A DNA stretch of 34,405 nucleotides. Origin: a virus. Its lineage: Duplodnaviria > Caudoviricetes. Shown one piece after another: positions 24,925 through 34,360 of the stretch (positions are counted from its first letter, which is position 1; each line of letters starts with the position of its first letter). Location: positions 1-34,405 of the IMG/VR virus record IMGVR_UViG_3300048857_000015; one strand, 5' to 3'. The translations under genes were made by a program, and so were the position numbers. Below the pieces are notes generated by a model. The model was not told where the DNA came from. It ran no database searches and was given only the letters and a program-made list of their open reading frames with translations.

Positions 24925-25160
24925 CCATACTTTGCCAGCAGCGCATCCATCTCGCCCTTCGATGGTGGCTTCGGGCCGTCGTCGACGCCGTTGGCTTCGT
25001 TACGTCCGTGGATCGCCTCAAAGAACTCGGTCAGCGTGGCGTCCCAGAAATCAACGGGACGCCAGCCAAGACCGCCGAGCGCTATTCGCATCCACTCGCG
25101 CCAAGGAAACGGCTCGCCTTGCTCTAGCTGGCCGTCTCGTCGACGGCTTCGGCGTTTCCC
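24921..25160 (-). CDS. Tail assembly chaperone C-terminal part (gpT-like), reached by -1 frameshift
   Basis: Open -1 frame from the GGGAAAC slippery site to TAG 24921: ...WREWMRIALGGLGWRPVDFWDATLTEF...LLAKYG; absent from the ORF track. Confidence 0.8.
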   Translation of the reverse strand, partial: GKRRSRRRDGQLEQGEPFPWREWMRIALGGLGWRPVDFWDATLTEFFEAIHGRNEANGVDDGPKPPSKGEMDALLAKYG

Positions 25161-25477
25161 TCGTCACCATCGAAATGATGCGCAAGAGCGGTGTTGAATG
25201 CCGCGGCACAGTCCTTGAAGTGTTTCAGCTTGAGCTTCTGTATCGCGGCGAGACGATCGCCCTTGATTGTCAGAAGTTCAATGCCAGCAAGAACGGCAGC
25301 CGCTTCAACGCCAGAGAGGCGCATGAATAGCTCTTGGAACGACTTGCACTCCAGCCGCGTGGATACTGCGGCTAAGCCAGACATCGTTGCAGCAATGACG
25401 AGCTCGACGTCGTCAATCTTGAGCGAAGCTTCGCCGCGGGCGCCGTTTACCGACATGATTTTCTCCTCTTTAGACAT
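25124..25477 (-). CDS. Tail assembly chaperone (gpG / GTA gp10-like)
   Basis: N.ARGE..L motif; lies between tail tube and TMP; ends with a slippery heptamer. Confidence 0.8.
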   Translation of the reverse strand: MSKEEKIMSVNGARGEASLKIDDVELVIAATMSGLAAVSTRLECKSFQELFMRLSGVEAAAVLAGIELLTIKGDRLAAIQKLKLKHFKDCAAAFNTALAHHFDGDEGNAEAVDETAS

Positions 25478-25480
25478 GGA

Positions 25481-25912
25481 TTACACTTCAGCCGTGAATG
25501 TCAGCTCATCGGCGGCGACAAAGGTGGCGCTGAACTCCATGTTCGGCTCGACGTCGCCAGAGAATTCGAAGTCTGTGACCATCCAAGAGCCCTCATAGGT
25601 TCCGTCGCCAGGAACGATGACCTGCGCGTTGAAGGCCGTAGAGCCGCGGACGTAGCCCATGAACGCGCTCATGGCCGCACCAGCGACGAATGCGCCGGAG
25701 CCGCTGAACGTGCGGTTTGAAATGCCGGGGCGGCTGGTTTTCTGCACCGGGCCGCCAGGGTTCGTGCAGCTCGGAATGGTCGTGTCGACTTCGTTTGCCG
25801 ACATATTGAAACTGCGCGTCTTAAGGCCGCAGAGATTGCTGAAGACTTCCGGCGTGTTGCCATCGCCGATCTTGATCAAAAGAGAGCGGCCGAGCTGCTG
25901 TCCAGTTGCCAT
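25481..25912 (-). CDS. Major tail tube protein (TP901-1/GTA type)
   Basis: GR.LLIKIGDG..PE.F...CGL.TRSF, SGSG.F, YEG.W.VT. Confidence 0.9.
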   Translation of the reverse strand: MATGQQLGRSLLIKIGDGNTPEVFSNLCGLKTRSFNMSANEVDTTIPSCTNPGGPVQKTSRPGISNRTFSGSGAFVAGAAMSAFMGYVRGSTAFNAQVIVPGDGTYEGSWMVTDFEFSGDVEPNMEFSATFVAADELTFTAEV

Positions 25913-26002
25913 GTGCTAGGTTCCTTCATATGAAAAACCCGGCACATGGCCGGGATGGTGTTGTGTAGTTTTGCCGACCGCAGCGGCGCTGCGTGTTTGC
26001 GG

Positions 26003-26416
26003 CTAGGGCTTTTCGACGTTGGCCACGAAGTCGATGACGGCGTGACTAGTCAGCGCATCTGGGTCGCGAAAGACTCTCGTCTGGCGGTGCATGATTGAGA
26101 TTAGTCGGTTCGTTGCGAGCGTGAGCGGCGCAAGATGCAAGCTCTCCGAAACAGCGTCTGCGATCTGCTTTGCTACGGGGTAGCCGACCTTGCGAGACCA
26201 AGCGTGCATGGTTAAGTAGACTTCGCCGCCGCTTACGCACGTCGCATCGCCGCGTAGAAACTGCGCCTCGCCGATCGTGACATACGATTCTTTTGGTGTG
26301 GCGAATGCCGTATCGGGTGGTTGATCGTAAACGCCGTTGACCAGCGCCATCAGGCCGGCGTCAGCCTTGAGGCGCGCAACTATAGCGCCCTGTAGCTCCA
26401 ATTCTGAACTGGCCAT
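26003..26416 (-). CDS. Tail terminator (DUF3168-like)
   Basis: LQ.AI.ARL.AD, VYD.PP, YVTIG, HAWSR, HAVI.F. Confidence 0.88.
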   Translation of the reverse strand: MASSELELQGAIVARLKADAGLMALVNGVYDQPPDTAFATPKESYVTIGEAQFLRGDATCVSGGEVYLTMHAWSRKVGYPVAKQIADAVSESLHLAPLTLATNRLISIMHRQTRVFRDPDALTSHAVIDFVANVEKP

Positions 26417-26895
26417 TAACGCTTACCCTGCGCTTCCCGCACGCCCTTGTTGACGGCTGCCAGCAGCTTGCGTCTCGCCGCCTTGCGATAGGCTCGCCAC
26501 GTATGGAAGATGTGCGGCTGCGCTGCCGTGCCGGGATGCATGTGCGCTTCGCCGCTAAAGCTGATGTTGCCGCCACCCGGAGCGACATTGTGCGGAGCGG
26601 TCCCGAACTCCAAAAAACGCCAAATGAACTTGGCAAAGATGCCGGCGGCGTCCTTGTCTTTCGTCTGTGTCACGCCGATCTGCCGCTTGTCTGGGTTGTC
26701 GGCTAGCCGCGCGCCTTGAATGCTGGCTGCGTAGTCGCCAGTTGCTCCGCGTGGTGCCTTGGCGGCGACCCGCGTGGCGGCTTCCTTGGCGATCTCGAGC
26801 TTTGCCTCCGCTGCGTGTTTCTCGACAGCGGGCGCCAACTCGTTCAACCTGCGCGTCAGGGCCTCACGGCCCAGAACCTTCGCCTTCAGCGCCAT
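26416..26895 (-). CDS. HK97 gp10-family tail-component protein
   Basis: AP..TG....SI, FLEFGT, HPGT.AQP; start MALKAK at 26895. Confidence 0.85.
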   Translation of the reverse strand: MALKAKVLGREALTRRLNELAPAVEKHAAEAKLEIAKEAATRVAAKAPRGATGDYAASIQGARLADNPDKRQIGVTQTKDKDAAGIFAKFIWRFLEFGTAPHNVAPGGGNISFSGEAHMHPGTAAQPHIFHTWRAYRKAARRKLLAAVNKGVREAQGKR

Positions 26896-27251
26896 TATGT
26901 AGCCACCCCGTCGTCGACAAGCAGATCGAGCCAGGCATTCTTCTGGTCTCGGTTGGTAATGGTCCGGATATTCATGACGCGCGACGCGTTGCGAGCATCC
27001 ACGATGCGCCATGAGGTGGTCACCTCGCGCGCAGCAACGCAACTGCGAATTCGAACCGTGTAGGGCTGCACGCCAACCAGTCTGGCTGCTTGCACAGGCT
27101 CACCGCCTCGCAGCGGGATCAGTTCGGCGGCCGTGGTGAAGACTGTTTCGAACGGTCCTGAGATTTCATTACCGTAAGAATCATCAACGATCGGCCGTTT
27201 CTGAAAGTGCAGCCTTTGATGCATGCGGCCGGCGCTTGGTTTCTTGGCCAT
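26895..27251 (-). CDS. Head-tail adaptor / head closure protein
   Basis: AG.M..RL.FQ....D.YGN, GGE...A.RL.G, TVRIR. Confidence 0.85.
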   Translation of the reverse strand: MAKKPSAGRMHQRLHFQKRPIVDDSYGNEISGPFETVFTTAAELIPLRGGEPVQAARLVGVQPYTVRIRSCVAAREVTTSWRIVDARNASRVMNIRTITNRDQKNAWLDLLVDDGVAT

Positions 27252-27414
27252 CCGTGTTCTCCTTGGGAGGAGCCGCAACCTTTACTGCGGCGCCCTTCCT
27301 GATGGCCTCGTCGGCGCAAGCCCTGGTGACGTTGAGCGCCATCCCGGCTTTGTAGGCGATGGTGAAGCCAGGCTGGACCCAGTTGAAGTTGGCGCTGAAC
27401 CTCACCCAAGCCAT
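27184..27414 (-). CDS. Small hypothetical phage protein
   Basis: MAWVRF...F.W....TIAYKAG; coupled to the upstream stop. Confidence 0.6.
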   Translation of the reverse strand: MAWVRFSANFNWVQPGFTIAYKAGMALNVTRACADEAIRKGAAVKVAAPPKENTDGQETKRRPHASKAALSETADR

Positions 27415-27821
27415 TAGGCGAGCGTCACGCCGGGGTCTTGGACGTCGACCGAAAGAACGGTCGTGCTCTTCGCAATGCCGATCTGGACCGTGTCCATGCC
27501 GGCTACGAGGTCTGCGCGGGGGCAAATTCCGCCTGCGGTTCCGCTGAGCCAGTAATCGGTGCCCGCGACCAGCGTAGCTCCGAGGGTAATGTCGCCGCTC
27601 TTGTGGATTGACACCGGCTGGTCTAGCGAGGCGCCGTTCACCGCAAGGCCGTGGACCGTACGCGTTCCAGCCCCGTTGTTATCCGAGAGCATCCACTTGT
27701 TGGTGGTGGAGCTCAGAAAAATAGCTTGACCAGCTGTAATCGTCTCGCCGGCAGTGCCCGTGTCGCGGGTAGAATTCGTGCCGCCAACTACGAGGGCGGA
27801 ATTTATGCTCAAATCGGCCAT
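27414..27821 (-). CDS. Putative virion (head decoration-like) protein
   Basis: AAGGA RBS; beta-rich AGETITAGQA.F motif; within the head-tail cluster. Confidence 0.65.
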   Translation of the reverse strand: MADLSINSALVVGGTNSTRDTGTAGETITAGQAIFLSSTTNKWMLSDNNGAGTRTVHGLAVNGASLDQPVSIHKSGDITLGATLVAGTDYWLSGTAGGICPRADLVAGMDTVQIGIAKSTTVLSVDVQDPGVTLA

Positions 27822-27837
27822 GGAAGGTCCTTTTCAG

Positions 27838-28410
27838 TCAGGCCACACGGCCGACTCTGTAGCGTTCAAGAATTGATGCGACCCCCAGCGGCAGCTCGGA
27901 CAAGCCGCCGTCTGATAACGCTTCACGGTTCTCGTAGAAGTGACCGATAAGCAGCAGCAGTGCCCATCGGAGATCCTGCGGCAACGTTTGATGGCCGCAT
28001 TCAAATGTGACCTTCACAGCTCCCGGTTCGCGCGCGACTGACGGCCACGACGTGTCTCGCGCCGGCCAAATCCGCAGCGGCTGCTGGTCCAAGTCGTATC
28101 GCAGACCCGACACAGATTGTTCGGCGCCAGCACCGTCACGGTACGTGATTGATGTGACGCCGGTCACCGGGCCTAGAGGGACGATGATCTCGCATGGAAA
28201 ATGGTCAAGCGACAGCCGCCAGGTCTGCGAAAGCAGCGCGATGCCAATGCCGTTCGGGCCTTCGATCGATGCTTCCGCAGCTGCAATCATTGACGTGATG
28301 TCGGCGTCGTCATCGTCGTGGAATACGCGCAGATGGCGCTTGGCCTCTGCGAGGGTCACGGCCGGTCCTGCCGGCGCAACCGTTCTGACCAGCCGTGTCC
28401 ATTCATTCAT
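27838..28410 (-). CDS. Head-tail connector (HK97 gp6 / phiE125 gp8-like)
   Basis: VTLAEAK.HLRV..DDDD..I...I.AA, A.LLLIGHFYENRE. Confidence 0.92.
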   Translation of the reverse strand: MNEWTRLVRTVAPAGPAVTLAEAKRHLRVFHDDDDADITSMIAAAEASIEGPNGIGIALLSQTWRLSLDHFPCEIIVPLGPVTGVTSITYRDGAGAEQSVSGLRYDLDQQPLRIWPARDTSWPSVAREPGAVKVTFECGHQTLPQDLRWALLLLIGHFYENREALSDGGLSELPLGVASILERYRVGRVA

Positions 28411-28616
28411 TTGCGTCGCCTTTTAGTGGCAGTCTCGAGTGGCGGCTGCACGATCGCTGCTTCTGCGGTGGGGGCGACGGCAGCTTCCTCAACGGGCTCG
28501 CACTTGCGCTCCCATCCAGCACCGACCTTCGCGGCAAATACGTCGGCGTCGACGATCTGCCCCCAGCCAAAGGTGAAGCCATTTCCGGCGAGGCTTGATG
28601 TAACTCGTACGTTCAT
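28407..28616 (-). CDS. Small hypothetical protein after the capsid gene
   Basis: 69 aa, ATGA-coupled to the connector gene. Confidence 0.65.
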   Translation of the reverse strand: MNVRVTSSLAGNGFTFGWGQIVDADVFAAKVGAGWERKCEPVEEAAVAPTAEAAIVQPPLETATKRRRK

Positions 28617-28652
28617 GAGGTGGTCGGGCGACGCTAGGCCGCCCGCTCCCTA

Positions 28653-29897
28653 TTAGGACGCAGCGTGCTGCAGAACTTTGACTGCGCCGGCATCGAGCAG
28701 TTCGCCGTCGAGGCGAGTGAAGCCGATGAAACCGGTCTGGTCGTAATCAGCATAGCGCTCGACGAGGCGGCGGATCGCGAACTCACGAACCATTCGAACG
28801 ACATAGCGGTTGAACGCACCGAACGCGACCGACTTGTTGGAGGCACCAATCGCCGCCATCGCCTGGTTGATGCTGTACGGCTTATCGAGAATGGTCGCCG
28901 GGGCGCCAGTCCTTACATCGGCAGGCTGCCAGATGTAATTGCCGGTGACGGTATCCTTGATCTTGCGCAGCGACTTGAGCGTGCCGTCGCTGAACATGAA
29001 GCGAACCGACGGATCGTCGCGATACGCGGGATCGACTGCATGGAACAGTTCGATCATGTCGTCGAAGGTGAGCGCAGCGGCGGCAGCAACGCCGGTCACA
29101 GCAGTAGCTGCCGTGACGATGCCGTTGGGTTTAGCGGAACCGTCGCCCACGGTCAGATGGCGGTTGCCGATACGGCCGATGCGTTCAGCCATTGCCGCAC
29201 GAACGGTCCCTTCGACGTCGATCGCGGAGTCCTGCAGAAGCTCCGCGGAGACCAGCACGACACCGGAGGTGTACTTGTAGGCTTCGAGCGTCTTCGTGTC
29301 GAACGTCACTTCGGTCTCAGCGACCTGGGTGTTTTCCCCGATGAGAGTGCCCTCGTTGGAGGTGTCGTTCATCGTTGGCCACGGAATCGAGGCGCCGGTC
29401 GTGGTCGTGAGCACACGCGTAACGCCCGGATCCAGCATCGGACCCCATGCCTTCAGCGACTTAACCAGTTCGGCCATAAAACCTTCCGGAACAAGGTAGC
29501 CACCCTTTGAGTCGGTACCGACTGCCTGAGCGCGCATCTCGCGAACGACTTTCCGTTGTTCGGCAGGCATATCCTCAAGGCCGTGTCGCAGATAGCTCCG
29601 AAAGGCTGCGGCGCGGGCTTCGTCGGTGCTCTCTTGCTGGCCGCCTTGTACCGACCGGTCTTCGCCATTCGGTCGGCGATCATCAGCGGCGTTCAGATCG
29701 CGCTCGCGCGCCTCCAGGACCTCTTCGCGCTTAATGCGCGCTTCCAGGCGGTCGTATTCGGCCATGGCCGCGTCATGCTGCGATTCGAGTTCGGCGACAC
29801 GTGCTTCTGCGGTGTCGTCCTTGATATCGGCCAGTAGTGCGCGGGCGTCAGCAACGAGTTTCTGCTGCTTTTCGCGCAGTTCAGTAATCTTGGACAT
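28653..29897 (-). CDS. Major capsid protein, HK97 fold
   Basis: N-terminal coiled-coil delta domain, GGYLVPE, VS.ELLQDS, G.G..KP.GI, G.YIWQP; GGAG RBS. Confidence 0.96.
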   Translation of the reverse strand: MSKITELREKQQKLVADARALLADIKDDTAEARVAELESQHDAAMAEYDRLEARIKREEVLEARERDLNAADDRRPNGEDRSVQGGQQESTDEARAAAFRSYLRHGLEDMPAEQRKVVREMRAQAVGTDSKGGYLVPEGFMAELVKSLKAWGPMLDPGVTRVLTTTTGASIPWPTMNDTSNEGTLIGENTQVAETEVTFDTKTLEAYKYTSGVVLVSAELLQDSAIDVEGTVRAAMAERIGRIGNRHLTVGDGSAKPNGIVTAATAVTGVAAAAALTFDDMIELFHAVDPAYRDDPSVRFMFSDGTLKSLRKIKDTVTGNYIWQPADVRTGAPATILDKPYSINQAMAAIGASNKSVAFGAFNRYVVRMVREFAIRRLVERYADYDQTGFIGFTRLDGELLDAGAVKVLQHAAS

Positions 29898-29970
29898 GGA
29901 GTCTCCATATGAAAAGAGCCCGCGGAAGCGAGCTCAGTGGGATCATTTTTTGGTGGTTGACAGCGCTAGG

Positions 29971-30582
29971 TCAGCGCGTGCTGCGGGCCCTGAGATCAAG
30001 GTCCATCTTCAGGCGGGCTCTGTGGGCCGCCCTGCTTACCGGCGCTGCCGCCGGATCTGTAATTTCTGGCGCCGAGCGAACGTCGCGCCACTCCTGCAGC
30101 GAACGCTTGCCGATCTCTGTGTCGTCGTAGGCTGGCCACGCGACCGCAGACACCTCGAAGAGCTCGACCTTGTGAATGGTCCGGATAGGCATATCGCCCG
30201 TTTCGTCCCATTCATCGTGCTTCACGGCAAAGCCAAAGCTCATCCCCGAAATATCGCCTCGCTCGACAAGCTCCCAAAGGTCGTTGCCGTCGGTGGTGTT
30301 TGGGACATCAATTTCAACAACGAGGCCCCGCTCGTCTTCCTTGAGGCGAAGTGTCCCGCTAGCCGTGCGACCGATTACGCGTCCCCCATCATGATTGACA
30401 AGGGCGCGGACATCACCACCGATCGCCTCCGAGAAGGCGCCAGGCGCGATGCGCTCAGTCCACCAGCCGCCGATGTCTGCGTCACTGTTGAAAACGGCGG
30501 CGTACCCGACAAGCGTGCGCTTTTCATCGGCAGCTCGAGTTTCAACGCCAAGAGTGCCGCCGCGTTTTTCGATCTTAGTCAT
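29971..30582 (-). CDS. Prohead protease, HK97 family
   Basis: GYAAVFN, E.IAPGAF, ALVNHD, GMSFGF, LFEVSAV.WPAY..T; start 30582. Confidence 0.94.
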   Translation of the reverse strand: MTKIEKRGGTLGVETRAADEKRTLVGYAAVFNSDADIGGWWTERIAPGAFSEAIGGDVRALVNHDGGRVIGRTASGTLRLKEDERGLVVEIDVPNTTDGNDLWELVERGDISGMSFGFAVKHDEWDETGDMPIRTIHKVELFEVSAVAWPAYDDTEIGKRSLQEWRDVRSAPEITDPAAAPVSRAAHRARLKMDLDLRARSTR

Positions 30583-31844
30583 GCGGCTTGTGCCTCGTCG
30601 TCTGGGTTGTTGTCGTTGGCAGGCTGCTTCGCGACCATGCTTTGCATGCCCAGAGGAACGGTGGCGCCTTGGATATGAAGCTTTTCCGCCTCGCCGCCAT
30701 GTTTCGGCCAATTCTCCATCGCGCGCACCTCATCGGGTGTGTAAATGGCGTTCTGGATGCCCTTGGCGTAGCCTTCCATGCGGGTGCGGAACTCGCCGCG
30801 AAGCAATCCGTCGATATTGAATTCGCAGAATTTGGTGCGGTTACGCGCCGAGAACAGCTTGAGATTCAACTCCTGCTCCCAAGCCTTAACCCATTGAGAG
30901 ATAAGGTGCTTGGTCAATGCGAGGTCTTGCTGTTCCGTGTTGCTGAACGTGCCGTGTGTTAGGTCCTGCAGGAAGACCGGCGGAAGGCCATAAATGCGGG
31001 CGATCTCTTCGATCTGCATCCGGCGGGATTCCACCATCTGCGATTTATCCGGATCGACGCCTACGGCCTTCAATTCATGCCCTGTCGGCATGATCATGAC
31101 ATTTCGACGCTCAGCGTTGGCGTCTCGGACGGCCTTCTCGACGTCTTGCGACGCCCTCGCAGCCGCAGCCGGCGAAGGCATCGGCCCATAAAGCGCCAGC
31201 GGAGGCACGCCACCGTTCGCAAAGAATTTGCGAGCATACTCGTCGAGTGCGAGCGATAGTCCGACAGCACCCTTCAGCTTCGTAACCGGGTCGACGTGAG
31301 ACACGCCATCCGGCTTCAGCATGAAGGTCAGGTCGAGAACTTCGTTGGCGGCATAAGTGACTTTCCGTCCACCGTCATCGTAGTGGTAAAGCTTCCGGCC
31401 GCTCTTGCGCTCAATCGTCAACTTGTCGGTGTCGAGGGGCCAGATGTTCATCACTCTGCCAGCCTTGTTTCGTTCGATGAACGAAACACCGCGGCCACGC
31501 AGCAGCGTGTTGACCATCATGCCTTTCCGCCACGCAAACGAGGTCAACTCCTCGTTCGGCGCGTCATGCAGGATGCCGTAGAGCGGGTCAGACTCGACGG
31601 TGTCGCGTCCGTTCTCCGACTTTCGAAATACCTGCAGAGGCAAGCTGGCGATCGTGTTGGCGATGAAGTTCACCGCACACCACACTGCCGGCACTTCAAG
31701 CGCCGTTTCGTGCGTCACGACAACGCCAGCAACGCCATGCCACTCGCCCATCAGCGTGCGCCAGGCGTTGACGTCGGAGAGCGGAACGCTCGGGTTTTCC
31801 AGGCTCGCTCGCGTTTCCGCGGCGGCTTTTCTAAATGGCCACAT
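30579..31844 (-). CDS. Portal protein, HK97 family
   Basis: V..AV..IA.TIASLPL, FFANGG.P, EIARIYG.PP, TFSN.EQQ, T.DEVR..EN; start MWPF at 31844. Confidence 0.95.
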   Translation of the reverse strand: MWPFRKAAAETRASLENPSVPLSDVNAWRTLMGEWHGVAGVVVTHETALEVPAVWCAVNFIANTIASLPLQVFRKSENGRDTVESDPLYGILHDAPNEELTSFAWRKGMMVNTLLRGRGVSFIERNKAGRVMNIWPLDTDKLTIERKSGRKLYHYDDGGRKVTYAANEVLDLTFMLKPDGVSHVDPVTKLKGAVGLSLALDEYARKFFANGGVPPLALYGPMPSPAAAARASQDVEKAVRDANAERRNVMIMPTGHELKAVGVDPDKSQMVESRRMQIEEIARIYGLPPVFLQDLTHGTFSNTEQQDLALTKHLISQWVKAWEQELNLKLFSARNRTKFCEFNIDGLLRGEFRTRMEGYAKGIQNAIYTPDEVRAMENWPKHGGEAEKLHIQGATVPLGMQSMVAKQPANDNNPDDEAQAA

Positions 31845-33562
31845 TAAACCACCGCTATTCTGAAATCGGGATTTTCCCAGGGAGACGGGGCTTGCGCTCC
31901 GCCGAATGCACGAAGGTGCAGCCCGAGACACATGATTAGCGCGATTGCGCCATCTATCTTGTTTTCGGGGCGCTCTTTGCGCGGGTAGACGTTCTCTTTT
32001 GCGTCGTAGTGTCCGACGACATTGCCAACCATCCACGACAGCGGGTCGCGAGGCCCATATGGGTGCGCGATCTTGCCGGATCGCATCAGCGCGTCGAGCT
32101 CTTTTGTTGGCTCTGAGAAGTTCTGTACCGTTTGCCGGTACTCGACGACGTTGGCGCCCTGCTCCGCCAGATGGTTGGCCATCTGCTGCGCCTGCCAAGG
32201 GTCGTAGGCGATCTCTAGGACATGAAATCGGCCGGACATCTCGATGATGTCCTGCTCAATTCGATCGATGTCGATCACGTCGCCTGGCGTGGCGACAAGC
32301 TTCCCCTCGGCTTCCCACCCACGATAGGAGTCGTTCCGGCTGTCGATTATGGCCTGCTCCGGAACGTAGAAGCGGGCGAAGGGGTACACCTTACCGGCCC
32401 GCTCGAACAGCGCTACAACGGCTGCAATATCCACCTTCGACGCCAGATCGACCGCGATACGGCAGGGCTCACCGGCGAAGTCCTCGATGTCGAGATCTTC
32501 GTCAAAGCACCGATCCCAGGCGCGCATGTCGTAAAGCGCCTCGTTCGTCTGGATCCAGACGTTCAGGTGCTTCGTCAAAAAGCTGGCCTGAGATGCCGGC
32601 GATGACATCGCCTTGCGGCAAAGAGATGCAATGTGTTCCGGCTCGACTGAAATGCCGTAGTTGGGGTTGGCCTTGCGCCAAGTCGCCTCTTCGGTCCAAT
32701 CGTCGTCCTTGTCGATTGTGTAGATGACGCCGAAGTAGGTGTCGTCCTGCGCGGTGCCCTTCAGAATGTTGATCGTATAGGCGCGGTGCTCATAGCAGAT
32801 GCCCGTCTTGTCGGCGCCAGCCGTTGTAATGGCCCAAACCATTGACTGATTGCGCTTGCCGGCACCGGTCTCGATCGCGTCGTAAACGCTGCGGTCGCGG
32901 TGCGCGTGCAACTCGTCGATCAGCGCAAAGTGAACGTTTTTGCCGTCGAGGGAGTCGGCGTCTGCGGAAAGCGCCTCGAAATAGCTGTTCGACCGCATCT
33001 GAACAATGCGATGCGCCTCAACATCGATGCCGAGTGCCGTCCGCAACGCGGTGGCGCGACGAAGCATCGCCTGCGCAGCCGAAAACGCGACCTTGGCTTG
33101 CTCTCTTGTGCGCGCCGCAGAGTAGACCTCAGCGCCGCCTTCCTTCTCACCAAAACCGCAATACAGCGCTGGCCCGTCAGAGAGTGTCGTCTTGCCGTTG
33201 CCACGAGGCACTTCCGTGTAGGCGCGACGGTAACGACGTTTGCCATTGTCGTGCCGCAGCCAGCCGAACGCGGTCGTTAGAATGAACGACTGCCACGGCT
33301 CGAGCGTAAGATTCTGGCCGGCGAGCGGTCCTTTGATGTGCGGGAGGAAACAAGTGAACTTGCAAACACGCTCGGCAGCGTCGTGGTCGAAGTAATACAA
33401 CCACCCTTCGGCGCTCACCGACCTGGCAATATCATCCAACTGTCGCCGGCACGCCTGCTGCACGAACTCACATGCTGGGATGCGACCTCCAACCACATCA
33501 GCAGCATAGCGGTAGCCGGCCGCAACATGCGGATACTTCTCAGCATCGACGACATATTCCAT
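31844..33562 (-). CDS. terL: Terminase large subunit
   Basis: LEPWQ, Walker A PRGNGKTT, Walker B ALIDELH, ITTAG, DLAS..D, YDPW, KIDG..AL. Confidence 0.97.
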   Translation of the reverse strand: MEYVVDAEKYPHVAAGYRYAADVVGGRIPACEFVQQACRRQLDDIARSVSAEGWLYYFDHDAAERVCKFTCFLPHIKGPLAGQNLTLEPWQSFILTTAFGWLRHDNGKRRYRRAYTEVPRGNGKTTLSDGPALYCGFGEKEGGAEVYSAARTREQAKVAFSAAQAMLRRATALRTALGIDVEAHRIVQMRSNSYFEALSADADSLDGKNVHFALIDELHAHRDRSVYDAIETGAGKRNQSMVWAITTAGADKTGICYEHRAYTINILKGTAQDDTYFGVIYTIDKDDDWTEEATWRKANPNYGISVEPEHIASLCRKAMSSPASQASFLTKHLNVWIQTNEALYDMRAWDRCFDEDLDIEDFAGEPCRIAVDLASKVDIAAVVALFERAGKVYPFARFYVPEQAIIDSRNDSYRGWEAEGKLVATPGDVIDIDRIEQDIIEMSGRFHVLEIAYDPWQAQQMANHLAEQGANVVEYRQTVQNFSEPTKELDALMRSGKIAHPYGPRDPLSWMVGNVVGHYDAKENVYPRKERPENKIDGAIALIMCLGLHLRAFGGAQAPSPWENPDFRIAVV

Positions 33563-33566
33563 GATC

Positions 33567-33950
33567 TCACTTGAAATCCGCGTAGGGGTCAGCCTCCGGC
33601 TCCTTGGCGCCCGGCGCCTGAACCTTGCTACGGTCGGTCGGGCTGAAGCCGAGTTTGGCCAGTGCGGCGATCAGTTTGGAAATGCCGCCACCATCGAGTG
33701 CGTTCTTGCGAAACAGCGCCATCAGTTTGACGGCGATCTCGAGCATCAGACGGTCTGCGTCGGTGAGCCAAAAGCCATAGCCGGCGAGCTCATCCCAAAG
33801 CTTCCGCTCTTCAGCATCGAACGCTTCGGGCGCAGATCCGACCGGACCATTGGGTCTCGGCTCGCCGCGGCGCGCGCTCTTGCGTTGCGGGTCTTTCTTG
33901 AAGGCGCCCTTCAATTCGAGGGCAGCCGTCGGCTTCCTCGGCCTTGCCAT
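33567..33950 (-). CDS. terS: Terminase small subunit (P27-like)
   Basis: MARPRKPT...EL.G, LGFSP.DRSKV; directly upstream of terL. Confidence 0.88.
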   Translation of the reverse strand: MARPRKPTAALELKGAFKKDPQRKSARRGEPRPNGPVGSAPEAFDAEERKLWDELAGYGFWLTDADRLMLEIAVKLMALFRKNALDGGGISKLIAALAKLGFSPTDRSKVQAPGAKEPEADPYADFK

Positions 33951-33994
33951 GGCACCAAACTCCGATTTCGAATTTTGCGGATGAGAAAAATTGC

Positions 33995-34360
33995 TTAGGC
34001 CGCCGGTTCGCGGCTGAACGAGCTGAGCGATGTTCCCCGCCCCTCCCCGCCGCGCTCCTCGCGCTGCTTTGCGCTGTTATGGTGATGGGCGCACAGGGAC
34101 TGGAATGGACCGGACCAGAAGAGTTCCTCGCTGCCGCGGTGGGGCGTCACGTGGTCACAGACCGTTGCGGGCTCGACGATCTCATCCTCAAGGCACATGA
34201 CACAAAGAGGATGCGCACTTAGCTGCGCCTCTCGGATCGATCGCCAGCGTTTCGTGCCGTACCAAGCGCGCCAGGGCGATCGGTTGCGATCGGCATCACG
34301 CTTGCGCTCGAGTGTCGTGCGTTGCGACGGCGGGCGGAACGGCTGAGCGCGTGTTGGCAA
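33995..34360 (-). CDS. HNH endonuclease (HK97 gp74-like packaging cofactor)
   Basis: WY...RW...R...L..HPLC.MC....ATVCDHV.PHRG...LFW....QSLC..HHNS.KQ; start uncertain (TTG 34360). Confidence 0.88.
   Translation of the reverse strand: MPTRAQPFRPPSQRTTLERKRDADRNRSPWRAWYGTKRWRSIREAQLSAHPLCVMCLEDEIVEPATVCDHVTPHRGSEELFWSGPFQSLCAHHHNSAKQREERGGEGRGTSLSSFSREPAA

Noticed and set aside
24921-27821. Gene transfer agent interpretation of the GTA-like tail genes
   Set aside because: tRNA junction, HNH-terS packaging module, full lysis cassette and morons fit a prophage better
28665-30820. Long plus-strand ORFs (281, 350, 141 aa) opposite capsid, protease and portal
   Set aside because: Antisense shadows expected in GC-rich coding DNA; no recognisable motifs
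31845-32198. N-terminal extension of the portal ORF (likewise protease to 30711 and gp10-like to 27042)
   Set aside because: Overlap upstream genes in another frame; coupled internal starts give typical family lengths
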